Source: a virus
Taxonomy: Duplodnaviria; Caudoviricetes
Length of the DNA stretch: 40,989 nucleotides
IMG/VR virus record: IMGVR_UViG_3300042542_000879
Coordinates: 1 to 40,989 of that record
Strand: one strand, 5' to 3'
Part shown: piece by piece, positions 25,238 through 33,904 of the stretch
Layout: every line of letters starts with the position of its first letter
Numbering within the stretch: position 1 is the first letter of the stretch
Position numbers and translations under genes: made by a program
The notes under the pieces: model-generated
Databases searched by the model: none
What the model saw: the letters and a program-made list of their open reading frames with translations, nothing else
What the model was told of the DNA's origin: nothing

Positions 25238-25449
25238 GATGTAGTTTCCTGATTCCAATGGATTTCTTGCTCTATGTACTGCTTGAGCACCGCCTCCATT
25301 GCCCCTTGTCGGTTGCCTGAAAAGTACAAGCCGGCAAAGTCTCCGGTTTCCACACCCAGTTTGTCTTGGATGTGGGCGACCGCCACATTCAAAGCTTCGG
25401 TCGCCAGTTCGGCAATCCCTTCTTCCGTATATTGGTGCCATGGTTTCAT
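25234..25449 (-). CDS. Hypothetical protein
   Basis: AAGGAG SD, coupled; IQDKLGVETGDFAGLYFS motif. Confidence 0.7.
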   Translation of the reverse strand: MKPWHQYTEEGIAELATEALNVAVAHIQDKLGVETGDFAGLYFSGNRQGAMEAVLKQYIEQEIHWNQETTS

Positions 25450-25712
25450 GCTTCTTCTCCTTTATTTAGTTCGGTAATGATCTGAAGTTTGTCATAGGTG
25501 TTGGCGTCCACCTCTTGCCACACGCCTCCACATGATGCTTTGCCTCCGAAGTCGTGCATTCCGTCATCGTTCGTTTTATCTTTATCACCCCAAAAATCTG
25601 AGGCAATAAAATCTAGGTGCTCATCAGGATCACCCTCGGTTTTGAATCGGATGGTGGTTGGGTGGTAGCTTTCGCCAACGTAAGTTTCGATTTCCCCGAT
25701 GTAGTATTTCAT
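25446..25712 (-). CDS. Hypothetical protein
   Basis: AGGAG SD and ATGA overlaps. Confidence 0.7.
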   Translation of the reverse strand: MKYYIGEIETYVGESYHPTTIRFKTEGDPDEHLDFIASDFWGDKDKTNDDGMHDFGGKASCGGVWQEVDANTYDKLQIITELNKGEEA

Positions 25713-25855
25713 TGCGCCTCTCCTAAGTTAAGGTGAACCCACTCATCGATCTCGTCCACCATAGTAATGGCGTGAATGTCGTGGTCGTTAAAGGTATACA
25801 CCTCTGTATCAGGATTGCACTCTTGCAGTAGTGCGATTAGGTCTTTGACTTTCAT
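25709..25855 (-). CDS. Small hypothetical protein (48 aa, not in ORF track)
   Basis: MKVKDLIALLQECNPDTEV fills the gap, with ATGA overlaps on both sides. Confidence 0.7.
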   Translation of the reverse strand: MKVKDLIALLQECNPDTEVYTFNDHDIHAITMVDEIDEWVHLNLGEAQ

Positions 25856-26178
25856 TTTGTGCCCCTTGCATAGTCAACGGCAAACTTCCACACGCACCAT
25901 GCATCCATGATGGTGGAGTAAGTTCCTAGGCTCCACTTTTCTGTGAATGCATCACCATCGCTTGGTGCATCTTCAGCAAAGAAAGCTAGCACCTCCTCGT
26001 CCGTTGCACTGGCGACCGCTGTACCATAAGCTTCTATGAATGCCGCTTGCTCGGGTGTTGGTTGGTAGGTGTCATCCACATCAAGGCGCATGATCCGGTA
26101 ATTCTTGTGTGCCTCGATAACTTCAAACCTGATTCCGGCCTTGTCCAATACGCTATACATTTCTTGTGGCTTAAGCAT
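25852..26178 (-). CDS. Hypothetical protein
   Basis: AAGGAG SD; in operon. Confidence 0.7.
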   Translation of the reverse strand: MLKPQEMYSVLDKAGIRFEVIEAHKNYRIMRLDVDDTYQPTPEQAAFIEAYGTAVASATDEEVLAFFAEDAPSDGDAFTEKWSLGTYSTIMDAWCVWKFAVDYARGTK

Positions 26179-26398
26179 TTGATTTCTCCTTGGTGGTTGG
26201 GTTAGTTACGAATTCAAAGTGCATTTTTGTGTTGTAAATAAGTTCTATGAGGTCAGCTGCCGGATAGTTTTCGACCAATTCCCAAGCCCTGACTGACTCG
26301 TCATACTCACGGATTAGATACATGATGTCTTCAAAAGTTGCATCATTGGGGTAATCTGAAAGCCACTCGTTGATGGCAAATCGTTCTGCTTGGTTCAT
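26171..26398 (-). CDS. Hypothetical protein
   Basis: GGAGG SD; in operon. Confidence 0.7.
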   Translation of the reverse strand: MNQAERFAINEWLSDYPNDATFEDIMYLIREYDESVRAWELVENYPAADLIELIYNTKMHFEFVTNPTTKEKSNA

Positions 26399-26399
26399 G

Positions 26400-26912
26400 T
26401 TAGCCTCCGAATGTCATAGGTGAATGTTTGAATCCGGCTTTAAGGAAGTAAGCCTCCATGTCGGATTGGTCTTCGTTAAAGGTATCCATCTCTTCGTCAT
26501 ACAGGTTTTGCAGGAACGGAGGTTTGTCGTCTGTAAAGTCCACCCCTTTCTTGTAGTGACCGGCGTATTGCATACCCTGCTCTACGTAGGTGGCTTCTAC
26601 TTTGAAGCCCTCCTCCTCCAGTGCCTTATAGATTTCGATGGGTGGTGCCCATGCAGTTTCAAAGTACAGGGTTGCGGTATTCTTTTTGCGGGTTGCTGAC
26701 AGAATGGTTGCGTCCCATTTTGTGCCCCAGTTTTTTATTCGCCAGTCGTACCATCCATTGCCTTCGAGCAGGTCTAGGGGTGTGGGTTTGATCATGTCGA
26801 AAATTACGGCCTTGTCGCTACTGTCGAATTGCTTTTCCAATTCGTCCAAAAGCTTGCGGTTGTTGTCGGTTGTTGCAGTTAATTTGAGGGAGTTTGAGCA
26901 CCAGTTTGGCAT
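26400..26912 (-). CDS. YubB/DUF1281-like ferredoxin-fold protein
   Basis: MPNWCSNSL, GWYDWRIKNWGTKWD, FETAWAPP and YVEQGM. Start at 26912 after AAGGA. Confidence 0.75.
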   Translation of the reverse strand: MPNWCSNSLKLTATTDNNRKLLDELEKQFDSSDKAVIFDMIKPTPLDLLEGNGWYDWRIKNWGTKWDATILSATRKKNTATLYFETAWAPPIEIYKALEEEGFKVEATYVEQGMQYAGHYKKGVDFTDDKPPFLQNLYDEEMDTFNEDQSDMEAYFLKAGFKHSPMTFGG

Positions 26913-26925
26913 GATAGTTTTCCTT

Positions 26926-27303
26926 TTACCAGTTTGCGTATTTTTTGAAAGCCCGCACATAAGCGGCACGATTTTTAAATGAGCCCACCTGTCTACAGTG
27001 GTCTAAGAATTCGTCAGCCATGAAATGACCTTGTGCAAGTTCATCATGTGACTTGGGGATCTCGTTGTAGGTTTCGCCGTTGTAGTGTGGGGCTAGGACA
27101 AATTTAACCTTGTCCCATATCCACGTGCCATCGGGCATCTCCCTGAGATCCTCCCCATCTACCCTGCAATAGCCGTCATAAGATCCTTTGATGATCCGAC
27201 CATCGGGTGTAAGGGCGACCACCTCACTAAATTCGGGATGCCCCTTGTATTGATTTAAAACCGGTAGGTTTGTCTTGGCACAACATTTTGAAGTAAAGCC
27301 CAT
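26926..27303 (-). CDS. Hypothetical protein
   Basis: MGFTSKCC...GSYDGYCRV...QGHF, with an AAGGAG SD. Confidence 0.75.
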   Translation of the reverse strand: MGFTSKCCAKTNLPVLNQYKGHPEFSEVVALTPDGRIIKGSYDGYCRVDGEDLREMPDGTWIWDKVKFVLAPHYNGETYNEIPKSHDELAQGHFMADEFLDHCRQVGSFKNRAAYVRAFKKYANW

Positions 27304-27833
27304 TATTTTGCTCCTTTGATGTAAATGGATAAAGCTTCGGGGAAAGGTAAGAGATTGAGAATCGTTTTCGTTTTGAGTTTTTCGTACAGGTCAGCTCGCA
27401 CTAATTGAACGGCAAGTGCCGCCGCCGTCATTGCTTGGGTTTCAAAGACTTCGCCGTTCTCACCAATGAATAGAATGCGCCTCCTCATGCCGGACTTTAG
27501 GTCTTTGATTGCAAGGGCTTCAGTCACTAGCTCGCTAATGATGGTGTCTGCATCGGGTTGGATCGTTAACACCTCCTCATTAAGCCTCCACTCATGCGGT
27601 GGTAACTTATCCGCCTCCGCCTTTAGCAGTTGGTACAGGGTGTTGGGGTGGTATGAATGACAACCTCCACATCCTTGGTTTGATACAGTGCCGGCTTTCT
27701 TTCCGTCAATGTATACGTTAGCCTCGAAGCAGTAGGTTTCCTGACTGGCAAAATCGGAATGCTTAAGATTTTTCAATTCTATTTTTGCGCCTCCTCCTGT
27801 GGTGGTGGTTGGTTTTGTTGCAGTTTCGAGCAT
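27303..27833 (-). CDS. Hypothetical protein
   Basis: SQETYCFEANVYIDGK..GTVSNQGCGG is a conserved-looking phage motif. Confidence 0.75.
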   Translation of the reverse strand: MLETATKPTTTTGGGAKIELKNLKHSDFASQETYCFEANVYIDGKKAGTVSNQGCGGCHSYHPNTLYQLLKAEADKLPPHEWRLNEEVLTIQPDADTIISELVTEALAIKDLKSGMRRRILFIGENGEVFETQAMTAAALAVQLVRADLYEKLKTKTILNLLPFPEALSIYIKGAK

Positions 27834-27867
27834 GGTTTTCCCCTTTGTGAGTTAATAAAGTTTTTGA

Positions 27868-27910
27868 ATTGTCGGGGCACCTTGTGCCCCTGTCAGTCAC
27901 TTAGGTGACA
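27868..27910 (-). promoter_or_regulatory. Leftward promoter with operator-like element A
   Basis: Minus strand TGTCACCTAAGTGA-CTGACA-17 nt (palindromic GGGGCACAAGGTGCCCC)-GACAAT. Confidence 0.5.
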
Positions 27911-28067
27911 AGCGGGCTTCGTGCCGGCCTTGTTCAATTAAACGGCGGGCTTCTGACCTGTCGTCTATTGTTTCCGCCTCTAGCATGGTTCGCAAGCTTT
28001 CGGCGGGCGTGTGCCCCTTCTCAAATTTAAAGCCGGCTTTGATGTAATCGTTTTCTGTGTATTTCAT
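27897..28067 (-). CDS. Small hypothetical protein (56 aa, not in ORF track)
   Basis: MKYTENDYIKAGFKFEKG..., with an ATGA overlap with the upstream ORF. Confidence 0.6.
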   Translation of the reverse strand: MKYTENDYIKAGFKFEKGHTPAESLRTMLEAETIDDRSEARRLIEQGRHEARLSPK

Positions 28068-28201
28068 GGGATTAGGACGTCAAAATAATGGAGGGCTCCG
28101 GCGGTCAATGCGCCGGCGATGAGCAAAACCGAAAGAAAATCAAGGGCGGCTTGCGCCCTCCGAATAATTCTTTCGTCTCGGGTTTTTGTGTGTTTTTTCA
28201 T
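28064..28201 (-). CDS. Small membrane protein (45 aa, not in ORF track)
   Basis: Basic N-terminus followed by the hydrophobic AALDFLSVLLIAGALTAGALHYF. Confidence 0.55.
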   Translation of the reverse strand: MKKHTKTRDERIIRRAQAALDFLSVLLIAGALTAGALHYFDVLIP

Positions 28202-28218
28202 GGGTTAAAAACCTGGTT

Positions 28219-28467
28219 TTAGATCGTGCAGCACCCACAACATGGGGCGTCTTCGCATCGTCCGGCCTTGTTTCTGTAGTACTCTTGGCCACTGCCAAAA
28301 TTGAAAACATGGCTCACGTAATCCGAACGAATGCGGGGCGTGTCGTCTTCGTTTGTGATGTAGGCGGTTCGGGTGGTGGTGTCAAAAATGATTTCATCCC
28401 CTTTATTTATTCGGGCTCCAGTGCGTGAGCATATGCCGGCGAATTTTGCTTTCATTAGTTTTTGCAT
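28219..28467 (-). CDS. Small Cys-rich protein
   Basis: AKFAGICSRTG..INKGDEI and a C-terminal GRCEDAPCCGCC. Confidence 0.7.
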   Translation of the reverse strand: MQKLMKAKFAGICSRTGARINKGDEIIFDTTTRTAYITNEDDTPRIRSDYVSHVFNFGSGQEYYRNKAGRCEDAPCCGCCTI

Positions 28468-28470
28468 GGT

Positions 28471-29214
28471 TTAAGCTTTCATTATTTCTATGCGTTTGCG
28501 ATAACCGGCGGCGTGATCTTGAATCACAATGTCTCGGGCGGCTTTGGTGGTGCCGGCGCACAATTGGCAATTGGCGCAGGTGGTTTTTTTGCCGGCTTCT
28601 GAACTGGCGGGGCAAATCGTTTCGGCGGCTTGTCGGTCATTGCCCACCGATACCCGAAAAGCTCGCATACCGTTTAAGTTTGCCAAAGCGGCATCGTCTA
28701 GGTTATCGGCGGACGCCATTACTAATTTTTTCCACCGGTCAACGTCAAAGTCTGAGCGTTTCCATTGGTGCGAATAGCCGGTGTGTCCGGCGGCGTCTTT
28801 TATGATTTCTTCCCATATGCCCACCGGTGCGGCGAAGGGGTCGCCGTAGGTGCCTAATCGGACAATGCGACCGGCTAGGGCGGTTTTTATTTGTTCCGGT
28901 GTGGCTTTGGTATACCTTCCCCGTTTGTAAGCTTTAAAGACCTGCAAGGGGGCGTGTCCCTTGTTAACGTAGCATGGCGGTTCACCGGTAATTTTTGCGG
29001 CCTTGGGGCGGTGCCGGCATGCGCCGCAGATCCCAAAATCTTGTCCGGTTTTGGCGGCGGTCACTGGGTCAACGTCCGACCGGATAATAAAGGTTTGCAC
29101 CATGTTGCCGGTTTTACTGTTTGCACTGCTATTGAGTGCGGTCACAATGACGACAATTGGGCTTTTGTCAATTAAGCTTTTGCCCTCATAGGCGATATAT
29201 CCTAAGGGGTTCAT
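28471..29214 (-). CDS. Cys-rich putative Fe-S protein of unknown function
   Basis: NSKTG, ICGAC...CYV, VRLGTYGD, TGYSHQW, MASAD and ICPAS...TCANCQLC. Confidence 0.7.
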   Translation of the reverse strand: MNPLGYIAYEGKSLIDKSPIVVIVTALNSSANSKTGNMVQTFIIRSDVDPVTAAKTGQDFGICGACRHRPKAAKITGEPPCYVNKGHAPLQVFKAYKRGRYTKATPEQIKTALAGRIVRLGTYGDPFAAPVGIWEEIIKDAAGHTGYSHQWKRSDFDVDRWKKLVMASADNLDDAALANLNGMRAFRVSVGNDRQAAETICPASSEAGKKTTCANCQLCAGTTKAARDIVIQDHAAGYRKRIEIMKA

Positions 29215-29603
29215 TATTTGCGCTCCATTAAAAATTGTTTGAGGGCGGGCACCGTTTTACCGGTAAAGCGGGATAAATCGGCGAGGGTTAAATTCGGGTT
29301 GTTATCGTAAAATTCGGCGATGGACTGGCGGGCGGCGGCGGTCGATTCAAACCGGTTATAAAGCCGGATAAACAAATCGGCGTCATTGTGAAAGTCGGCG
29401 GTTTTAATTGTCCATCCGGCGGCGGTGGCGGCGTCCATAAAGCGGCTCATGTCGTTGTCTTCTTCTAGGTAAACCTTTGCGCCCTTTTGGTATGAAAACC
29501 CGCTGATATCGTCTTCAATCCCCAAAGCGATAAGGTCTGAGCGTTTTACTTCAAGCCAACCATGAGAGGGATCACTGTAAAAATTAAGGTTTAGGGTTTT
29601 CAT
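29214..29603 (-). CDS. Hypothetical protein
   Basis: SDPSHGWL...YLEEDND motif, with a possible C-terminal HTH (LTLADLSRFTGKTVPALK). Confidence 0.7.
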   Translation of the reverse strand: MKTLNLNFYSDPSHGWLEVKRSDLIALGIEDDISGFSYQKGAKVYLEEDNDMSRFMDAATAAGWTIKTADFHNDADLFIRLYNRFESTAAARQSIAEFYDNNPNLTLADLSRFTGKTVPALKQFLMERK

Positions 29604-29779
29604 AATTTGAAGCTTTCTTTGTGTTCGTTGATTTCATACCCCAAAGCCTGTATCAGGCGGAGGGCTTCGAGGGTGAGGGTTTTAGTGCCGGCAATTTTGG
29701 CGAATGCTTGGGCGGTTTCATCTTTGGGGTAAATGACCTGATTGCCATAAATCGTTTTTACTTGGATCGTGATTTTCAT
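29600..29779 (-). CDS. Small hypothetical protein (59 aa, not in ORF track)
   Basis: MKITIQVKTIYGNQVIYP...IAGTKTLT...IQALGY, with ATGA overlaps on both sides. Confidence 0.75.
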   Translation of the reverse strand: MKITIQVKTIYGNQVIYPKDETAQAFAKIAGTKTLTLEALRLIQALGYEINEHKESFKL

Positions 29780-30114
29780 GATGTGACCTTTCGGGCTGAT
29801 AGGCGGATCTTATAAAAGGGTTCACCGGTCGATGTGTGAGCGGTTATCAGTTGGCGGCTTGCGTTCAATTTGGTTGCGATTGCTTGCCAGTCGGTCGAAG
29901 TTCTTTGCTCTTGTATTACGGCGGCTCTGTGGGCGGTGCCATCAACGGCGGCATGGCCGGCGGCAATCAATACGGCTTTAAAGGTATCTTCTCGGGCTTT
30001 CAATTCGGCTATTTGGGCTCGAATATCGGCGAGGGTGTCAACGGCATATGTGAGGTCGTCCGGTGTGAATATTTCGGCATTGATCATTTGGTTAAAGTCT
30101 CTGAGTGAAGTCAT
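29776..30114 (-). CDS. Hypothetical coiled-coil protein
   Basis: VDTLADIRAQIAELKARE heptads; in operon. Confidence 0.7.
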   Translation of the reverse strand: MTSLRDFNQMINAEIFTPDDLTYAVDTLADIRAQIAELKAREDTFKAVLIAAGHAAVDGTAHRAAVIQEQRTSTDWQAIATKLNASRQLITAHTSTGEPFYKIRLSARKVTS

Positions 30115-30117
30115 TTT

Positions 30118-30306
30118 TTAGGCTCTTTCAAGTTGTTTAATTACGGCGGCTCTTAATTCGTGGGTGTCTGTCATTTCATCAAGTCTCAAAACGTGTGCGG
30201 CGGCATGAGCGGCGTTATTGGGTGAGAGTCCGTTTTGCTTTGCTAAAAAGCGGGCTACATTCACCCAAGCGGTGATTGTGTGAAGTGATTTAGGCAGGTT
30301 TTTCAT
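30118..30306 (-). CDS. Hypothetical protein
   Basis: 62-aa ORF tightly packed in the operon. Confidence 0.6.
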   Translation of the reverse strand: MKNLPKSLHTITAWVNVARFLAKQNGLSPNNAAHAAAHVLRLDEMTDTHELRAAVIKQLERA

Positions 30307-30315
30307 GGTGGGCTT

Positions 30316-30462
30316 TTAATTGGTTTTTGATTCGTGGCGGGTCATTCCGTAGGCAATCCATAAACTGTAGAGGGTGCTAATGGATAGGCCTTCAGACCAT
30401 AAAACGTAATGAAAGCCAAAATGCTTTAAGTTGTCTTTGATGTTGAAAATATTAGATTGCAT
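30316..30462 (-). CDS. Small hypothetical protein (48 aa, not in ORF track)
   Basis: AAAGGA SD; MQSNIFNIKDNLKHFGFHYVLW fills the gap. Confidence 0.55.
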   Translation of the reverse strand: MQSNIFNIKDNLKHFGFHYVLWSEGLSISTLYSLWIAYGMTRHESKTN

Positions 30463-30475
30463 GATGTGTTTTCCT

Positions 30476-31054
30476 TTAGTTAAGTTCGAGGGCTAATTGT
30501 TGAATTTGTCCGGCGGGCTCCGGCTTCTTTTTGTAATTCTTTAAAACGGCTAATTGCTGACCGATTCCGAGGCCGGCGAGCGGATAAGCGGCGTCTAGGT
30601 CTGTGCAAGCGGCGGCGTAATTGGCACCGGCTAACACTGTGACGGCTCGTCCCTGATACGGCTCAAGTTCGGCGGCGGTGCGTTGCGCCCAAGCTTGGCG
30701 GTCGGCTTGGGTCATGTCTGACAGTGTGACGTTATAGGGGTTTAGGACGGCGTCAGGGTCAACGGCACCATGCAAAGCGGAGAGAATCAAAACATCGGCA
30801 CCGGCTCGGGCGGCGGCTTCCATGGCAAATTTAAAAGCTTGTCCCTGATATAGATCTCGGGCTTTGGCGGGCTTGTCCAGCTTCGAGCCGGAGCAAGCGA
30901 TAAGGAAAAGAGGGCGGGTTTTCTCGTGTGCAATCAAAGCTCGGCGGCGGCTTAATTCAGCCCCTTTAACTTCTCTGTGAATGCCGGCGTTTATATCCTT
31001 CTCGCATTGCGCCAGTTCTCGGCGGGCTTGTCTAATAAGTGCTGATTCTTTCAT
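30476..31054 (-). CDS. DUF6884-like protein, first gene of the leftward early operon
   Basis: LIACSGSK...ARDLYQG..F, ILSALHG, PYNVTL, LAGANY and PLAGLGIGQQ; AAAGGA SD. Confidence 0.7.
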   Translation of the reverse strand: MKESALIRQARRELAQCEKDINAGIHREVKGAELSRRRALIAHEKTRPLFLIACSGSKLDKPAKARDLYQGQAFKFAMEAAARAGADVLILSALHGAVDPDAVLNPYNVTLSDMTQADRQAWAQRTAAELEPYQGRAVTVLAGANYAAACTDLDAAYPLAGLGIGQQLAVLKNYKKKPEPAGQIQQLALELN

Positions 31055-31102
31055 GTGGCGGTTTCCTTTGTTTCGTTAATGGGGTACTACAGAAGGCAAT
31101 GC

Positions 31103-31141
31103 TGACAGTTGTCAATACCCTTGTCAGTCACATATGTGACA
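31103..31141 (-). promoter_or_regulatory. Early-operon control region with element A and stacked TGACA/TGTCA half-sites
   Basis: Minus strand TGTCACATATGTGACTGACAAGGGTATTGACAACTGTCA; the -10 is ambiguous. Confidence 0.5.
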
Positions 31142-31287
31142 GGGTGCAGCATAGGTGCATCATTCAATTTTGAGGGGTAAAAACCGGCTCGCATACCACA
31201 TAAACCGGCGCCAGGTTGTCGCATTGGTGACAGTTCCGGCTTTGTTCTGTATGATGGGCGGCATTCAATAAAGCGGAGCGGAACAGT

Positions 31288-32028
31288 ATGAAAAGGGCTC
31301 AAGTAAGGGAAGCATTAGAGCAAGTGCCAATAGATCAAATACTAGGTGTGAAGGGAAAGCTCACACACAAGCAAAAAACCTTTGCCCGTTTGGTAGCTCA
31401 AGGGGAAACCGGAGCCGGTAGTTATCGACAGGCCTATAACGTGACCACCAAGAGGGCGAAGACGGCGGGCAATGCGGCGAGTGATCTCAAAAAGCATTCG
31501 GGCATTGCTCGGGAGATAGAGGCAATTAGACTGGCTGAAAGTGCAAGGGCATACCATACGCCCGAACACTTGAGAAGCCTCGTCATTCATTCACTCGTTA
31601 AGGTGATCACCGACCCCGAGAGCAAAGCCGGACAGATTACGGCGGCGGCTAAAGTACTGGGCACCGTTACCGAAGTGGCGGCATTCACCGAACGCAAAGA
31701 GATCACCACCATTACATCTAGCACCGAAGCACGCACACAATTGCTAGACAAGCTCCGCACTCTAGTACATGGGTCTGCAATAGATGTGACAGTCAAAGAC
31801 GCCGATTCTCTATTGGCTGAGCTTGACCCTCCCCCGTTGGCGAGCGTCCAGGCTGCCGAGGGCGACCCCCTACCCCCCGATTTGCCAAGTAGGAGTCCCC
31901 CCTCACATGTACATAGTATTCCACTCGAAGTGTCAGAAGAAAAACCAGATGGGGGTGTCAATTCAAATCCGGAAGACCCTGACGATGATTTTTGGAAAGA
32001 CCCCCCGTCACCTTTTGAAACAAAATAG
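31288..32028 (+). CDS. terS: Terminase small subunit
   Basis: KLTHKQKTFARLVAQG...SYRQAY...ASDL N-terminal HTH, AAKVLG, and position upstream of TerL. Confidence 0.75.
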   Translation: MKRAQVREALEQVPIDQILGVKGKLTHKQKTFARLVAQGETGAGSYRQAYNVTTKRAKTAGNAASDLKKHSGIAREIEAIRLAESARAYHTPEHLRSLVIHSLVKVITDPESKAGQITAAAKVLGTVTEVAAFTERKEITTITSSTEARTQLLDKLRTLVHGSAIDVTVKDADSLLAELDPPPLASVQAAEGDPLPPDLPSRSPPSHVHSIPLEVSEEKPDGGVNSNPEDPDDDFWKDPPSPFETK

Positions 32029-32057
32029 GGGTGGGGTATATATATTTTAAAAAACTA

Positions 32058-32093
32058 AGGGTAAACCCACCCCAATGGTAAGCGTTACCATTG
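32058..32093. promoter_or_regulatory. Operator-like element B, copy 2
   Basis: AGGGTAAACCCACCC-CAATGGTAA-GCG-TTACCATTG directly upstream of the LexA-like gene. Confidence 0.6.
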
Positions 32094-32112
32094 CTTAAAA
32101 AATAGGCAGTAT

Positions 32113-32406
32113 ATGGAAATAATGATTAACAGAGACATGATAAGACGGCGGGAGATGAGTTATGACGAATGTATGGAGAAGAGTATGAGTCCGGTTCAGA
32201 AGGATGTTTTTATCATTGTGGATGAGTGGTGGAAGAAGTACGGGTGTAGTCCTACACTCCGGCAGATTGCGGATGTACGTGGAAAAACAGGCATTGGGAA
32301 TACAAAAGATATTGTGGATAGATTGGTTAAGTTGGGAGTAGTTAAGAGAGTAGCTGGCCGGCGCAGTATTCGTCCTGTGTACATTAACTTTAGGGATATT
32401 GAATGA
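32113..32406 (+). CDS. LexA-type winged-helix DNA-binding domain protein (no peptidase domain)
   Basis: MSPVQKDVF..VDEWWKKYGCSPTLRQIA...VDRLVKLGVVKR...RSI. Alternative start at 32185. Confidence 0.7.
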   Translation: MEIMINRDMIRRREMSYDECMEKSMSPVQKDVFIIVDEWWKKYGCSPTLRQIADVRGKTGIGNTKDIVDRLVKLGVVKRVAGRRSIRPVYINFRDIE

Positions 32407-33896
32407 CTGATGACTTAGAAAAGCTGTTAGATAAGCTAGATCCGGCTATGTATGAGAAGCTAATTGACGAAGTAAAGACTTATCAAGCAGCCGTTGAGAG
32501 AGAAAAAGCTCAGAGTAGCTTTATGGAGTACGTAAGGATGATGTGGCCGGGCTTTGTGCACGGGAGACATCACGCCCTAATGGCGAAGAAATTCGAAGCT
32601 ATCGCTAAAGGAGAGATGAAGCGGGTAATTATTAACATGCCGCCGAGACATACTAAGTCGGAATTTGCTAGTTACTTACTACCTAGCTGGTTTTTGGGTA
32701 AGAACCCCGCCAAGAAAGTAATCCAGTGTTCGAACACGGCTGACTTGGCTGTTGGTTTTGGACGTAAGGTTAGGAACTTGGTGGACTCGGAACAATATGC
32801 GAGTGTATTTCCAGGGGTTAAGTTGCGTCAGGACAGTAAAGCTGCTGGCCGGTGGGCTACGAATAAGAATGGAGAGTACTTCGCTATTGGTGTAGGTGGT
32901 ACTGTGACGGGTAAGGGTGCCGATTTGTTGATCATTGACGATCCGCACTCGGAGCAGGAGGCGGCTGCGGCGTCTGGTAATCCTGAGATTTACCAGAAAG
33001 TGTATGAGTGGTACACCTCAGGGCCTCGTCAGCGACTCCAACCAGGTGGAGCTATTGTGATTGTGATGACTCGCTGGGGAGAAGCCGACTTAACGGGCCG
33101 AGTATTGCAGGATGCGCTTAAAAGGGAGAAGGGTGAGGAGTGGGAGCTGATTGAGTTACCAGCGATCATGCCCAGTGGTAACCCGTTGTGGCCGGAATTC
33201 TGGTCTATTGACGAATTAGAAGCCCTGAAGGAAGAATTACCAGTATCCAAGTGGAATGCTCAGTACCAGCAGAAGCCGACTGGCGAAGAAGGCGCTTTAG
33301 TTAAGAGAGAATGGTGGAAGATTTGGGAGAGAGAAAGGCCGCCTAATTGTGAATACGTAATTCAGAGCTGGGATACGGCTTTTACCAAGTCAGAGCGGAG
33401 TGACTATTCGGCTTGTACTGTGTGGGGCGTGTTTCATATGGACGAAGATCCTAAAAATGTGAACGTTATCTTGCTGGAAGCGTACCAAGAGAGGCTAGAG
33501 TTTCCGGAACTCAAGGAAAAAGCTTTTGAGATGTACAACATTTGGGAGCCGGACACTTGTATCATTGAGGCTAAGGCTGCTGGCTCTCCGCTGATCTTTG
33601 AAATGAGAAGAATGGGCGTACCTGTGCAGGAATACACGCCGGTTCGTGGAAATGATAAGTTTGTTCGTATAAACTCCGTGACGGATCTCTTTAGGTCGGG
33701 TAAAGTATGGGCTCCGGATACTCGGTGGGCGCATGAATTGATTGAGCAGATGGCGGCTTTCCCTAATGCGGCTCACGATGACTTGGTAGACTCAAGCACA
33801 CAGGCTTTAATTCGTTTTAGACAGGGCGGTTTTTTGAGGCTAAACACTGATGAAGAAGAAGAGCAGGTTTACCGCCGAAAAGTTGCATATTATTGA
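32403..33896 (+). CDS. terL: Terminase large subunit
   Basis: INMPPRHTKSE (Walker A variant), LLIIDDP (Walker B), VMTRW, QSWDTA, IEAKAAG and FPNAAHDDLVDS (nuclease). Confidence 0.95.
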   Translation: MTDDLEKLLDKLDPAMYEKLIDEVKTYQAAVEREKAQSSFMEYVRMMWPGFVHGRHHALMAKKFEAIAKGEMKRVIINMPPRHTKSEFASYLLPSWFLGKNPAKKVIQCSNTADLAVGFGRKVRNLVDSEQYASVFPGVKLRQDSKAAGRWATNKNGEYFAIGVGGTVTGKGADLLIIDDPHSEQEAAAASGNPEIYQKVYEWYTSGPRQRLQPGGAIVIVMTRWGEADLTGRVLQDALKREKGEEWELIELPAIMPSGNPLWPEFWSIDELEALKEELPVSKWNAQYQQKPTGEEGALVKREWWKIWERERPPNCEYVIQSWDTAFTKSERSDYSACTVWGVFHMDEDPKNVNVILLEAYQERLEFPELKEKAFEMYNIWEPDTCIIEAKAAGSPLIFEMRRMGVPVQEYTPVRGNDKFVRINSVTDLFRSGKVWAPDTRWAHELIEQMAAFPNAAHDDLVDSSTQALIRFRQGGFLRLNTDEEEEQVYRRKVAYY

Positions 33897-33904
33897 GGGC
33901 TGAA

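Noticed and set aside
25238-25441. N-terminal extension of the 274-aa MTase ORF
   Set aside because: It overlaps the genuine 25234..25449 gene in another frame, and the family-like start MKVLVACE is at 25237.
27900-31700. Complete avoidance of common restriction sites in the early region
   Set aside because: GATC, GCGC and GGCC were all found by eye. Only the CCGG/GGCGG enrichment is supportable without computation.
32113-32406. Evidence of lysogeny via a LexA/CI repressor
   Set aside because: There is no S24 peptidase domain, integrase or att site in the window, so lifestyle cannot be called.
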